IMG/VR virus record: IMGVR_UViG_3300007516_000002
Strand: one strand, 5' to 3'
DNA from: a virus
DNA length: 57,400 nucleotides
Part shown: positions 49,508-57,400 of the stretch, piece after piece
Layout of the letters: each line of letters starts with the position of its first letter
How positions within the stretch are numbered: position 1 is the first letter of the stretch
The notes under the pieces: generated by a model
Database searches by the model: none
Told to the model about the DNA's origin: nothing
The model's input: only the letters and a program-made list of their open reading frames with translations
Made by a program: the position numbers and the translations under genes

Positions 49508-50383
49508 TTACGTCTCCTTGTTTTCAATAATGGGTAGTTGCACATACTCTTCCTTGTCTTGCAACTCAGAATGTCCTGCGAACCACTCCTGCCCACTAAA
49601 AAGGGTACCACTTCTGGCCACTCTGGCGTCCTGGATTCGTTTTTCTGATATTGCGAAAAAGTCTGGATCAAGCTCAATGCCGATGAAATTGCGATCCAGT
49701 AGGACACACGCGATTCCGGTAGTTCCGCTGCCCATAAACGGGTCGAGCACAGTGTCACCAGTGTTCGACCAGGACATTATGTGATCCCTTGCGATACTCG
49801 ATGGAAACACAGCCGGATGCCCGTGTTCATTTTCGACCTCTGGCTGTACAGGCCACCAGTTATTTCGTCTGCCGAACTCTTTGCTGGCTTTTCGAATTTC
49901 AAGTTTAAGATCGCCTGTCGGCTTTCTTCTTCCCTTTTGCGCACCGCCGAATGAAATATAACGATTGCGCCGGTCACGTATAAGGTTCACTCGGCTGGGC
50001 GAGCCCTTTGCCATAACAAACATGTACTCAAAGTTCTGCGTGTAGCACAAGGTACTTCCCACAGCTCCGCCGCCTTCTTTTGTCCAAATCATGGTGTCGT
50101 GAAGATTAAATCCGCACTCCATCGCAAACAGTGCCTGCTTGAAGCTGGTCCCAGTCTCGCTGCCGTTGATGGTCGCGTCTGAGACTACCCAGACGACAAC
50201 GCCGCCGTCAGCAGTCACGCGGAAGAGCTCCGTGAGCACAGTTTTCCATACGTCGTCGTTCCAGAGATCGTTGTTGCCGTTGTACGTGCGAAGGTTGTCA
50301 TACGGCGGAGACGTGACGGTCAAGTTAATTGAACCATCCGCCAGCTCGCGCAGACGTTCCGCGCAGTTACCAAGCATCAGCAT
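49508..50383 (-). CDS. DNA N6-adenine/N4-cytosine methyltransferase (beta class)
   Basis: VTSPPYDNLRTY (motif IV S-P-P-Y) precedes DPFMGSGTTGIA (motif I). Confidence 0.85.
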   Translation of the reverse strand: MLMLGNCAERLRELADGSINLTVTSPPYDNLRTYNGNNDLWNDDVWKTVLTELFRVTADGGVVVWVVSDATINGSETGTSFKQALFAMECGFNLHDTMIWTKEGGGAVGSTLCYTQNFEYMFVMAKGSPSRVNLIRDRRNRYISFGGAQKGRRKPTGDLKLEIRKASKEFGRRNNWWPVQPEVENEHGHPAVFPSSIARDHIMSWSNTGDTVLDPFMGSGTTGIACVLLDRNFIGIELDPDFFAISEKRIQDARVARSGTLFSGQEWFAGHSELQDKEEYVQLPIIENKET

Positions 50384-50401
50384 TTCTGCACCGCGACATC
50401 A

Positions 50402-50884
50402 CTATCCCCGAATAACCACGTCATGCTTTCCCTTTCGCGCATCTTGCTGCGCCCTGCGCGCGTTGACGTCAGCCCAGTTGTTTACCCACGTGGCTGAGTC
50501 CTTGATGACTCCGTGCCCCTTGACATGCCGCCCAATCGTAACCACGCCACGCATGCCATGGCTCTGAATTCCGGCCGCCCAAATACCAAGCAGTCTTGTG
50601 TTTTTGTGTGTTCCGTTTGCCAGACCAACCACTACAAGACAATCGCTGCGGATAAGAACGTGTGTCGCACCATTCTGCGTTGCTAGCCATACGCCGTTCA
50701 GCGCTGCGTATACTTCCGCTACGGTATTGTCCGGCACACGCGCCTTGATGGATCCGTATCCCTTGACCGCCACGCCGCTGTCGCACTTTACCCAAGCCGC
50801 CCATCCTGCGTATGTTACGCGAGTCTTGGCGCATCTGTAAAAGCTGGCATCGCAAATTACTGTTGCCCGCACGTTGACATCCAC
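50402..50884 (-). CDS. RNase H-like nuclease
   Basis: ICDAS (D), NTVAEVYAALNG (E), LIRSDC (D), HVKGH..NNWADVNARRA (H/D), all in RNase HI order. Confidence 0.6.
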   Translation of the reverse strand: MDVNVRATVICDASFYRCAKTRVTYAGWAAWVKCDSGVAVKGYGSIKARVPDNTVAEVYAALNGVWLATQNGATHVLIRSDCLVVVGLANGTHKNTRLLGIWAAGIQSHGMRGVVTIGRHVKGHGVIKDSATWVNNWADVNARRAQQDARKGKHDVVIRG

Positions 50885-50895
50885 CTGTTGTCAGG

Positions 50896-50921
50896 AAAAG
50901 AGCGGCACTTTCGTGCCGCTC
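50896..50921 (-). terminator. Intrinsic terminator between the DUF669-like gene and the RNase H gene
   Basis: GAGCGGCAC-gaaa-GTGCCGCTC (minus strand) is followed by TTTTCC. Confidence 0.65.
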
Positions 50922-50931
50922 CGTTAAGATG

Positions 50932-51546
50932 TCAAGCGGTCTGCCAAGGCGGTGCTGCACCAGCCGGAGCTGCTGCAGCGGGTTGCGCCCAAGGTGCCGC
51001 GGGCGCAGCTGCAGCTGCTGGTTGCGCCCAAGGCTGGGGTGCCTGAGCTTGCGCTGGCTGCGCCCAGGGTTGGGCTTCAGCGGCAGGAGCGACGGGAGCA
51101 GTGGGCTGAGCCACAGGTGCTGCGAGAGGGGCCACAGCGGCCGCCGCAGTGGGGGCAGGGGGCGCTGCGTTTGGGGCAGCTCCGCCGCCGGCAAACCGAC
51201 CAAGAACAGGCTCGTTACCATGGCTGTCAAAGTAGCCGCGGATCTCGTTGTTGAACTTCGACGGATCGTCCTTCCGCGGCAGCTTTTCAACGCTGGCCTT
51301 GAACGGGCGATTGTGCAGTTGCTGCGAGTCCTCGAGTTTGCCGATGCCGACGACGTGGCAGATCGCGGAAAGTTCGCGGTATGCAATCTCGACCGCCTGT
51401 GGATTCTGGTTCACCAAGTTCAGGCGAATCAAGAGCTTCCTTCCTGCATGCTCAGGATTGAGGCAGTCGAATGTCAGCACAAGCATGGTGCCCGTGGTAT
51501 CCTTCGTCTGCTTGGCCTCTGACTTCGAGATCCTGAAGTCGTACAT
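50932..51546 (-). CDS. DUF669-like phage protein (putative ssDNA-binding partner of Sak4) with a Pro/Ala/Gln-rich PWAQPA-repeat tail
   Basis: The N-terminal 120 aa resemble DUF669 as I recall it. The tail has ...AQPWAQPAQAQAPQPWAQPAAAAAPAAPWAQPA.... Confidence 0.45.
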   Translation of the reverse strand: MYDFRISKSEAKQTKDTTGTMLVLTFDCLNPEHAGRKLLIRLNLVNQNPQAVEIAYRELSAICHVVGIGKLEDSQQLHNRPFKASVEKLPRKDDPSKFNNEIRGYFDSHGNEPVLGRFAGGGAAPNAAPPAPTAAAAVAPLAAPVAQPTAPVAPAAEAQPWAQPAQAQAPQPWAQPAAAAAPAAPWAQPAAAAPAGAAPPWQTA

Positions 51547-51656
51547 ACCGGTTTCAAAAATGTCACCTCCTGTGGATGCAGGATCGTACTTGGTCGGATC
51601 GAATGAAAGTGCAACGATGGCAGTCTCCGATTCTTTTACTTGCGAGGTTCGTTATG

Positions 51657-51893
51657 TTACTCGCGGGTTGAGCTTGCAGGGCAGTCTTTCAGTGGTTCGG
51701 GGTATATGCACTCCTTGTCAAGTTGCTCATGCAGTTCGTGTAGCAATTGAAGAACATCAGCTGCCACGCTTTTGGCGGAAGCTGATGTAGTTTCTGCTTC
51801 TTCAATCAACGTCATTCCTCGCTGCGCGGCAATCACTTTTCCGCGCAGGTTGCCGTGCGTCCAGGCAGCAATGCTGTTCGCACTTCTCTTCAC
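51657..51893 (-). CDS. Hypothetical protein (78 aa)
   Basis: ORF coupled to the upstream gene. Confidence 0.5.
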   Translation of the reverse strand: MKRSANSIAAWTHGNLRGKVIAAQRGMTLIEEAETTSASAKSVAADVLQLLHELHEQLDKECIYPEPLKDCPASSTRE

Positions 51894-52354
51894 TAAATCA
51901 GCTCCAGAACATGTGCTGGAGTGGAGGACACCAGCATTCGAGACACAGCCAAGGCAGCGCCGACCTTGTCCTCGATCTTTCGGAATTCTCGCACTTCAAG
52001 TTCGTACTTGATTCGAAGCAGCTGATCAAATGTCACGCCATCACTATCGTTAACCTTGGCATACTCCTCCCGCGCCATCGCGATCTGCGCTTCATCGATC
52101 TTGCGGTCGATCTTGTGCGTAAGCTTGAGGCTCCTGCCGTTGCTCATATTCCAGTTGTTCACGCCCTCCTTCAGATTGTCGCCAAGCGATGTGACCACGT
52201 TGTTTGCGATGGCTTTGCGCATCGTCATCTCAGTCGCTGCCAGCTTGACGATCTCCGCATCGATATCGGCCGTCAAGCGTTTCTTTTGATCGACAAGATT
52301 GGCGATCTTTACTTTGGTGCCATCCCAATCCTGAACGTACTCTTCGAATGTCAT
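51893..52354 (-). CDS. Hypothetical protein (153 aa)
   Basis: GGGGAG precedes ATG 52354, which overlaps the previous stop (ATGA). Confidence 0.55.
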   Translation of the reverse strand: MTFEEYVQDWDGTKVKIANLVDQKKRLTADIDAEIVKLAATEMTMRKAIANNVVTSLGDNLKEGVNNWNMSNGRSLKLTHKIDRKIDEAQIAMAREEYAKVNDSDGVTFDQLLRIKYELEVREFRKIEDKVGAALAVSRMLVSSTPAHVLELI

Positions 52355-52536
52355 GAGCTCCCCTTTACCAACTGGATCAACGCAGCTTCGTACACCTCGA
52401 TGGTGTCCTCCCGAGGAAGACGTCGCGCGTCGGCGATAAGCTCCGCAAGCCAAAGATCAGGCCGTTGGTGATTTGATCTGTACTCGATCTTGGCCGCCTT
52501 TGCCAAAAGCGCGAGTTTATTTGTGCTGGTGGACAT
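52351..52536 (-). CDS. Hypothetical protein (61 aa)
   Basis: Coupled ORF. Confidence 0.5.
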   Translation of the reverse strand: MSTSTNKLALLAKAAKIEYRSNHQRPDLWLAELIADARRLPREDTIEVYEAALIQLVKGSS

Positions 52537-53366
52537 CAGCGTTTTCCGTTCTTTGGCAGACCGAAGTCGGCGTCGTCCCTAAGCTCTGTCGGACCGAAGT
52601 CGATGTCCTCAAGGACAGCGACAGCATCCACAAAGATCGTAGGCTGCGCGCCTGTAAGGAGTCGTTTTACCGCGTCAAAGCTGCCGCCCAGCTGCTTGCG
52701 ATACGCGTCCAGGCGCTCGTGCACTTCCGACATTGCCAGCTCATGGGCAGCTGATTCCTCCGCCTTGGTGATGCAGTCCAGCGCTCCGAAGTCGACTCGG
52801 CACACCGCATGCTTGAGATCCGCCAGTGCGCATCCAACCGCCGCAGGGGCCACGTTGACCGCCAGAACCTTCACCAATCCGAATGTATCCTTTGTCTGCA
52901 CAACCACCAAGTCGTCAGCTTCAAGATTCAAGCCGATCACGTCCTTGAAGTGGTATCCTCGAATGGTCGCCCCGTCCGGTTGCGGTACCATCTGCGCACC
53001 GAGATACTCCGCGCGGAAGATGGTAGCTCCGTTGGTCAGCTGGATAAGCGCGATGGCTTCCTTGGCGTTCATTGTGTGATTCTCCTTATGCTTGGGTTGA
53101 AGTCCTGTGTTGTAGCAGTCCGCGCAGCCGTGCGGGTTGGCGTAGTTGGCGCTGTACTCGCCGAGGCAGGACGAACATTCCTCGAGGTAGTCCTGCGCGC
53201 ATTCATCACAGTAGTGATGTGCGTAGGTTCCAACCGAGCAGTAGCTACGGCATGCCTGGCACTTGACTACATGGCGGCGCTCGAGAAAGAGAGTGTTGTA
53301 CTTATACTCGACGCTGCCAACTTTTCGACCGCTCGAAAGGCTGAACTTGTCGAACATTTTATCCAT
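52536..53366 (-). CDS. Two-domain ORF. An N-terminal multi-Cys zinc-finger module (about 98 aa) is followed by a 178-aa domain that has its own in-frame SD+ATG at 53072.
   Basis: AGGAGGGATACTG precedes ATG 53366. TAAGGAGA lies 8 nt before the in-frame ATG 53072 (MNAKEAIALIQL...). Confidence 0.55.
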   Translation of the reverse strand: MDKMFDKFSLSSGRKVGSVEYKYNTLFLERRHVVKCQACRSYCSVGTYAHHYCDECAQDYLEECSSCLGEYSANYANPHGCADCYNTGLQPKHKENHTMNAKEAIALIQLTNGATIFRAEYLGAQMVPQPDGATIRGYHFKDVIGLNLEADDLVVVQTKDTFGLVKVLAVNVAPAAVGCALADLKHAVCRVDFGALDCITKAEESAAHELAMSEVHERLDAYRKQLGGSFDAVKRLLTGAQPTIFVDAVAVLEDIDFGPTELRDDADFGLPKNGKR

Positions 53367-53427
53367 CAGTATCCCTCCTAGGCTGTCGTCAGCAGTATCA
53401 AGTAGTCCAGCTAGTCGCAAGTCTGAA

Positions 53428-54186
53428 CTACACGGGCGCTGCCTTTATCTTTGCGATGATGTTTGCGATGTCCGGATACTCAATCTCATCAAGCGCTCCC
53501 GAACGATCCTTGGCGTCCGCGTTAAACGCTGCGTGTGTGCGCAGTGCGTGGTAGACGTTGCCATTCGCGTCCTTGTCGGTGAACGCGTGGAAGACCTCAT
53601 CAAACAGGTATGGCAGCGCTGGTCCGACCTGCTGTCCAGGAGCGGTAGGCGCCGCCTTTTCCATTCCGGTCATCGGATCCTTTCCCACCATTTGCTTGGC
53701 GATGACCAGCACATGAAAGCCCTTGAGATCTCGAAAGTCCTTGACCATCTGAATAGCGCGATCTGCCATTGCACCGTACGCCTGTCGCGGATCCTTGGTC
53801 TTGGATCTTTCGTTAAATAGCACCTTTTCCACGATCTCGCTAATCGAATCCAGCGCGATGGACTCGATTCCTTGCTTGGCAGCGTTGTTGCGACACCACT
53901 CAAGTGCGGCGTCCACCTCGGCGGCACTTGTGACAGTGATGACCGGGATTGACTTGCCTCGCAGCGACAGCAACCCCTGCTCGGCGCTGATGATCAGCGG
54001 CCTCGGCATTGTGCCGCACAAGACAGTCTTGCCCGCACCACTCGCACCATAGACAAGCATCTTAATACCGTGGTCGTTGCTGGCCTTATCGGTGGTGGTG
54101 AAGTTAAGCTCGACCGGCGCTGCCTTCGGCACAGCGGCTACCGGAGCAGCCATGGCGGCCGGTCCCACGGCAAATGGCGTGCTCAT
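53428..54186 (-). CDS. Sak4-like RecA-fold AAA ATPase (recombination mediator)
   Basis: MLVYGASGAGKTVL (Walker A), IALDSISE (Walker B). ATG 54186 overlaps the HD-gene stop. Confidence 0.7.
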   Translation of the reverse strand: MSTPFAVGPAAMAAPVAAVPKAAPVELNFTTTDKASNDHGIKMLVYGASGAGKTVLCGTMPRPLIISAEQGLLSLRGKSIPVITVTSAAEVDAALEWCRNNAAKQGIESIALDSISEIVEKVLFNERSKTKDPRQAYGAMADRAIQMVKDFRDLKGFHVLVIAKQMVGKDPMTGMEKAAPTAPGQQVGPALPYLFDEVFHAFTDKDANGNVYHALRTHAAFNADAKDRSGALDEIEYPDIANIIAKIKAAPV

Positions 54187-54725
54187 CGAAAGGCTCCCTT
54201 GGTGACGGTGCGGAACAGATACAGAAACGCGCGTTCTGCTCGATGGGGCTCCCACGGGTCAATGCCAAACGTAGGAATGTCGACAACCTGATCAACAAAA
54301 GGTTCGCCATGCGGAAAAAGAGCAATCGACTCGTCGTATAAGATGGCGTTGTCCAGCTCCTTGATCATCGCCGCTTTTCTGGCGTCGATAACAACACCGT
54401 ACTTGCTGTTGATCACCTTCATCAGCCGATCTTCCGCCGCTGCGTATCCCGGCATGACCTCCTTAACCGGACGCACAAAGTCAACCAGGAACGCTTCAGA
54501 CGCATCGTGAAGGAGTACCGCCAGCGCGTCTTGATCTCCATAAACGCCTCGCACACGTTCACACATCAGAACGCAGTGCTGTGCCACCGAGTAAAACTCG
54601 CGCGTGTGGCCACCAAAGCGGCACTGCATGGATAGCGCATGCGCAATGTCCTCGATGTCGATGTCGTCCTCGTGCGGGGCAAGCGGGTATACATTGCGTC
54701 CTGTGTACGTTCTAATCCAGGCCAA
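54183..54725 (-). CDS. HD-domain phosphohydrolase (YfbR-like 5'-nucleotidase type)
   Basis: YSVAQHC ... VLLHDASEAF (the H...HD...D pattern). Confidence 0.65.
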   Translation of the reverse strand: MAWIRTYTGRNVYPLAPHEDDIDIEDIAHALSMQCRFGGHTREFYSVAQHCVLMCERVRGVYGDQDALAVLLHDASEAFLVDFVRPVKEVMPGYAAAEDRLMKVINSKYGVVIDARKAAMIKELDNAILYDESIALFPHGEPFVDQVVDIPTFGIDPWEPHRAERAFLYLFRTVTKGAFR

Positions 54726-54766
54726 GGAAAACCTCCATTAATCAGCGAAATCCGCCATTGGAGACG

Positions 54767-54795
54767 ACAGTAGCTCCCACGGGACAAACAGTCAA
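54767..54795 (-). promoter_or_regulatory. Leftward promoter of the replication operon (TTGACT-N17-TACTGT), with the TCCCACGGGA motif inside its spacer
   Basis: The rc of 54790-54795 is TTGACT and the rc of 54767-54772 is TACTGT. Confidence 0.45.
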
Positions 54796-54939
54796 CTGGC
54801 CACATTTGGTGCGTAAGCGAGATTAACTGCACAAAGTGTGGGACTTGCCTTTTTCTACGCTAATGCGCTACAAGGGGACTTCGCTGCGCGCAACGACTGT
54901 TGCTTTGCCTGTGGTGACAACATCAGCTGTCCCACGGGA
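54775..54939. repeat. Two direct copies of AGCT(G)TCCCACGGGA (cores at 54775-54784 and 54930-54939) in the divergent control region
   Basis: The 10-bp cores are identical. One lies in the leftward promoter spacer and the other overlaps the primase RBS (GGGAG). Confidence 0.7.
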
Positions 54940-54949
54940 GTCCGCGCGA

Positions 54950-57400
54950 ATGATTTTACTCTGCCATGGCGTCGGAAGGTTTCAGACACACGCAGGCACA
55001 GGGGTGGCATACGACGGCATCAGCTGGCACCAAGTAGTAGCAATGCTGGACAGCCCACAACGGGTCAAAAAGGAAGACGCCGCCTGGTCCATCGGATCCA
55101 CGTATCGACAAGCGGACGGTAGGGAAGCCGCGGCGCAAAACGCAGCAGGTGAATTCCACTACATGTGGGCGGACCTCGACAAAGGAAACGCCAGCCTCCA
55201 GGACGTGACGTCCGCGATGACGCGCATCTTCCCGACCGGCGAATGGCTGGCGTACTCCACCAAGGGCGCGACACCGGAAAATCGAAAATGGCGCATTCTA
55301 ATCCATCTCGCCATTCCAATTGTAGGACGCGCGTACGCTGCGTACCAGCAGGGGTTGAACGAGGCGCTGACTAAGCTCAGCCTTCATCCAGACTCTTCAT
55401 CTGTTTCAGTCAATCGAATATGCTTCCTGCCAAACGTCGGCGAGCACTACGAGACGCACCACCAGAAAGGCGCAGCAGTTGATCTGGCTGACAGCTGGTT
55501 CACCACGCGCGCCATCGAGATCTACCAAGACTACGTGCTGCGCGACACAGATTACCAAAAGCGGCGCGGGGACACGTCAAGAATAAAGCGCAGCGGGCAC
55601 AACTCGCATATTGATGCATTCCGCGCGGAAAACCCACCCGAGCAGTTGCTTGAGCAGCTCGGCTTTGTGACGCGCAACGGGATATCGTGGCACCATCCGA
55701 AACTGCAGTCCGGCCAGTCGTTCGCCACCGACATCTACCCCGATGGCGGAATCTTCACACTGAGCTCCTCCATCGGCGGTCCAACAGCGGCTGGCGGCCA
55801 CGCCACCAACGGCGGCTGGTATTTCAACGATGGGTACGACCTCGCACGCTACATCTGGTTTGACAAGGGCAAGGAGGGCGACAACCAGATGAAGGCGCAT
55901 GCTGCGCAGATCCGTGACAAACGACAGGACTATTTCCTCGCACACGGCCGCGATCAAGCACAGCGACTCCTACCTGCGATGGAGGTTTCCATCAACGAAA
56001 GGCGAGTAAACAGCCTCAGTTTCGTGCATTGGTCTGTCGAGGCGCAAACAGCCGATCTAGATCGTGCGCAGAAGGAAGCCATCGAATTGGCGGCGCTTCA
56101 AAAGCGTGCCGAGTCAGACCGCATCCGAAACCAGCAACAGCTTTGGGGAGGCGACTGGACCAAGGACGTGCCGTTCGAGTTTTCAGACACCGTCAACGAG
56201 TGGGAGTGGCTCGCGTGGCATGCGCCTGGTGTGCTCGGCAAGCTGGTTCGAGAGAACGCCAGCTTCTCGGCCAAGGCCACGCTGGTGCCCAGCCTCGTCG
56301 GCGCACTCGGAGTCGTCGCGCACAGATGCCAAGGTAAGTTTGTCATGGGGTTTTCAGGCCACATCACACCGCCGTCACTTCCGATGCTGCTCATCGGGAA
56401 CTCGGGAACAGGCAAGGCTGACGCGAACAAGCTGTTCCGCAGGGTCAACAAGTACCACGAGCTCCCAGCCGCCGACTCGCGCCAAGAAGTGCGCATGTTC
56501 GCATCCGGCGCAGCGGTCACCCGCCACCTCTCGCAGTACCCAAACACCATCGTAATCGACAGCGAGTACGGCGCAGGGCAATCCGCGATGAAGGGCAACT
56601 CCAGCGGCGGCCACCACGACGACGAAAGGGCCAAGCTCACAGACGCCATGTCAGCATTCGTTGAAGGGCTCGGAGCGTCCAAGAACTCCGACAGCGGCAA
56701 GTCCACGCCAGCAATCCACAACCCCTGCATCAGCGCCATCCTAAGCTCAACGCCGGAACGCTTCGCCGAGGCATTCTCAGAGCGGGATGCGGAGGGCGGC
56801 TTCCTCGGCCGATTCGTCAGCTTCGCGGTTTCGGATCCGAAGAATCTCCCGAAGAGAGAACGCGGTGTTTTCGCGGGAGACATACCAACAGACGTCAGGC
56901 TCTGGCTTGACTACATGGAGTCCATCGCAGCACCGCAAACCGAACGCCTGCCCAACCCCAAAGACCCGGACGGCGCGCTCGGCATGTCGTGGCGCGGCCA
57001 GTACCGATGCTTTCATATGCTCGTGCCTGACGCTGATGCCGCCGCTGAGCTCGGCGTCCTCATTGCGAAGATGGACCACGCGCGACAAAATGCCTTGGCC
57101 GCCGGAGAGATGACTCGCGCGCACTTAATGAACCGCGGTCCGGAACGCGTCAGCAGGCTGTCGCTCATCGCGGCACTCGCGCAACTTTCGCCAAGTCGGC
57201 CACCAGTTATCACTGTCGACTGCGTGCGCTGGGCGAACAGTATTGTCATGGCGTCAATAAACCATCTCGCTGCCACGAGTACTAGAAGCGACGACGACAA
57301 TTATATCGCCATGTGCCACAGCCGAATAAAAGAGATGTTTGTTCGTATTGAAAACGATCCTGAATTTGTGACAAGTCTCGGCAGCGACTTCCGCAGGGTC
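54950..57400 (+). CDS. Primase-helicase: an AEP/prim-pol-like N-terminal domain plus a P-loop NTPase. It is open at the window end and finishes at 321 after circular closure. Start uncertain.
   Basis: The frame is open from 54827 to the window end. ATG 54950 follows GGGAG; alternatives are 54863 and 55043. Motifs: FHYMWADLD (DxD), LLIGNSGTGKA (Walker A), TIVIDSEY (Walker B). Confidence 0.7.
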   Translation, partial: MILLCHGVGRFQTHAGTGVAYDGISWHQVVAMLDSPQRVKKEDAAWSIGSTYRQADGREAAAQNAAGEFHYMWADLDKGNASLQDVTSAMTRIFPTGEWLAYSTKGATPENRKWRILIHLAIPIVGRAYAAYQQGLNEALTKLSLHPDSSSVSVNRICFLPNVGEHYETHHQKGAAVDLADSWFTTRAIEIYQDYVLRDTDYQKRRGDTSRIKRSGHNSHIDAFRAENPPEQLLEQLGFVTRNGISWHHPKLQSGQSFATDIYPDGGIFTLSSSIGGPTAAGGHATNGGWYFNDGYDLARYIWFDKGKEGDNQMKAHAAQIRDKRQDYFLAHGRDQAQRLLPAMEVSINERRVNSLSFVHWSVEAQTADLDRAQKEAIELAALQKRAESDRIRNQQQLWGGDWTKDVPFEFSDTVNEWEWLAWHAPGVLGKLVRENASFSAKATLVPSLVGALGVVAHRCQGKFVMGFSGHITPPSLPMLLIGNSGTGKADANKLFRRVNKYHELPAADSRQEVRMFASGAAVTRHLSQYPNTIVIDSEYGAGQSAMKGNSSGGHHDDERAKLTDAMSAFVEGLGASKNSDSGKSTPAIHNPCISAILSSTPERFAEAFSERDAEGGFLGRFVSFAVSDPKNLPKRERGVFAGDIPTDVRLWLDYMESIAAPQTERLPNPKDPDGALGMSWRGQYRCFHMLVPDADAAAELGVLIAKMDHARQNALAAGEMTRAHLMNRGPERVSRLSLIAALAQLSPSRPPVITVDCVRWANSIVMASINHLAATSTRSDDDNYIAMCHSRIKEMFVRIENDPEFVTSLGSDFRRV
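57278..57400. repeat. Second copy of the window-end duplication (identical to 1..123)
   Basis: Same 123-nt string as 1..123. Confidence 0.95.

Noticed and set aside
1-57400. Search for a lysogeny module (integrase, CI/Cro-like repressor pair, excisionase, ParAB, attP).
   Set aside because: I found no tyrosine/serine recombinase motifs or repressor-like HTH pairs on either strand. The only winged-helix candidate is the DUF3489-like protein. Absence by eye is not proof.

Overview
The window is one complete, circularly closed tailed-phage genome. Bases 1..123 repeat exactly at 57278..57400, giving a unit length of 57,277 bp. There are no rRNA or tRNA genes, no CRISPR array, and no integrase, repressor or partition genes that I can recognise, so lifestyle is unresolved and possibly virulent.

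Layout:
- 321-1124: a very AT-rich, iteron-filled non-coding region, probably the origin. It is followed by an orphan 277-aa gene and a free-standing HNH nuclease (1125-2845, +).
- 2880-7740 (-): an early-left operon of about 17 small genes with reiterated promoters. It includes a MazG-like gene and a clear NADAR/YbiA-family gene.
- 7871-38042 (+): one long rightward block. It holds a PD-(D/E)xK resolvase-like gene, small genes and a DUF3489-like winged-helix protein. Next come TerS, TerL and a DUF1073-type portal that continues into two ADP-ribosyltransferase-like modules.
- The same block continues with a DUF2213-like scaffold, gpD-like decoration protein and gpE-like major capsid protein. 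It then has connector genes, a MuF-like protein, the tail tube, G/GT chaperones with a GGGAAAC -1 slip site, and the tape measure.
- It ends with tail tip and fibre genes, a type-B carboxylesterase, and a lysis cassette. The cassette has a lambda-R-like transglycosylase, a holin and overlapping spanins.
- 38043-54725 (-): six GC-rich orphan genes and a Lar-like protein, followed by the replication and modification module. That module has family-A DNA polymerase, a DnaN-like clamp, an SF2 helicase, three DNA methyltransferases and a Cas4-like exonuclease. It also has RNase H, a DUF669-like protein, a Sak4-like ATPase and an HD hydrolase.
- 54950 through the junction to 321 (+): a prim-pol/P-loop primase-helicase.

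The absence of a sheath gene and the 951-aa tape measure indicate a long non-contractile tail. The DUF3489-like protein and overall composition weakly suggest an alphaproteobacterial host.

Most noteworthy observations:
- the portal-ART-ART polyvalent ORF;
- an Acb2/Tad1-like domain in frame with the endolysin behind its own strong RBS;
- the NADAR gene;
- host-SSB-like DDDIPF tails on the helicase and on a 74-aa early protein;
- the origin-like iteron array;
- a tail-module carboxylesterase.

All family assignments are by-eye motif recognition and need HMM or structure searches.
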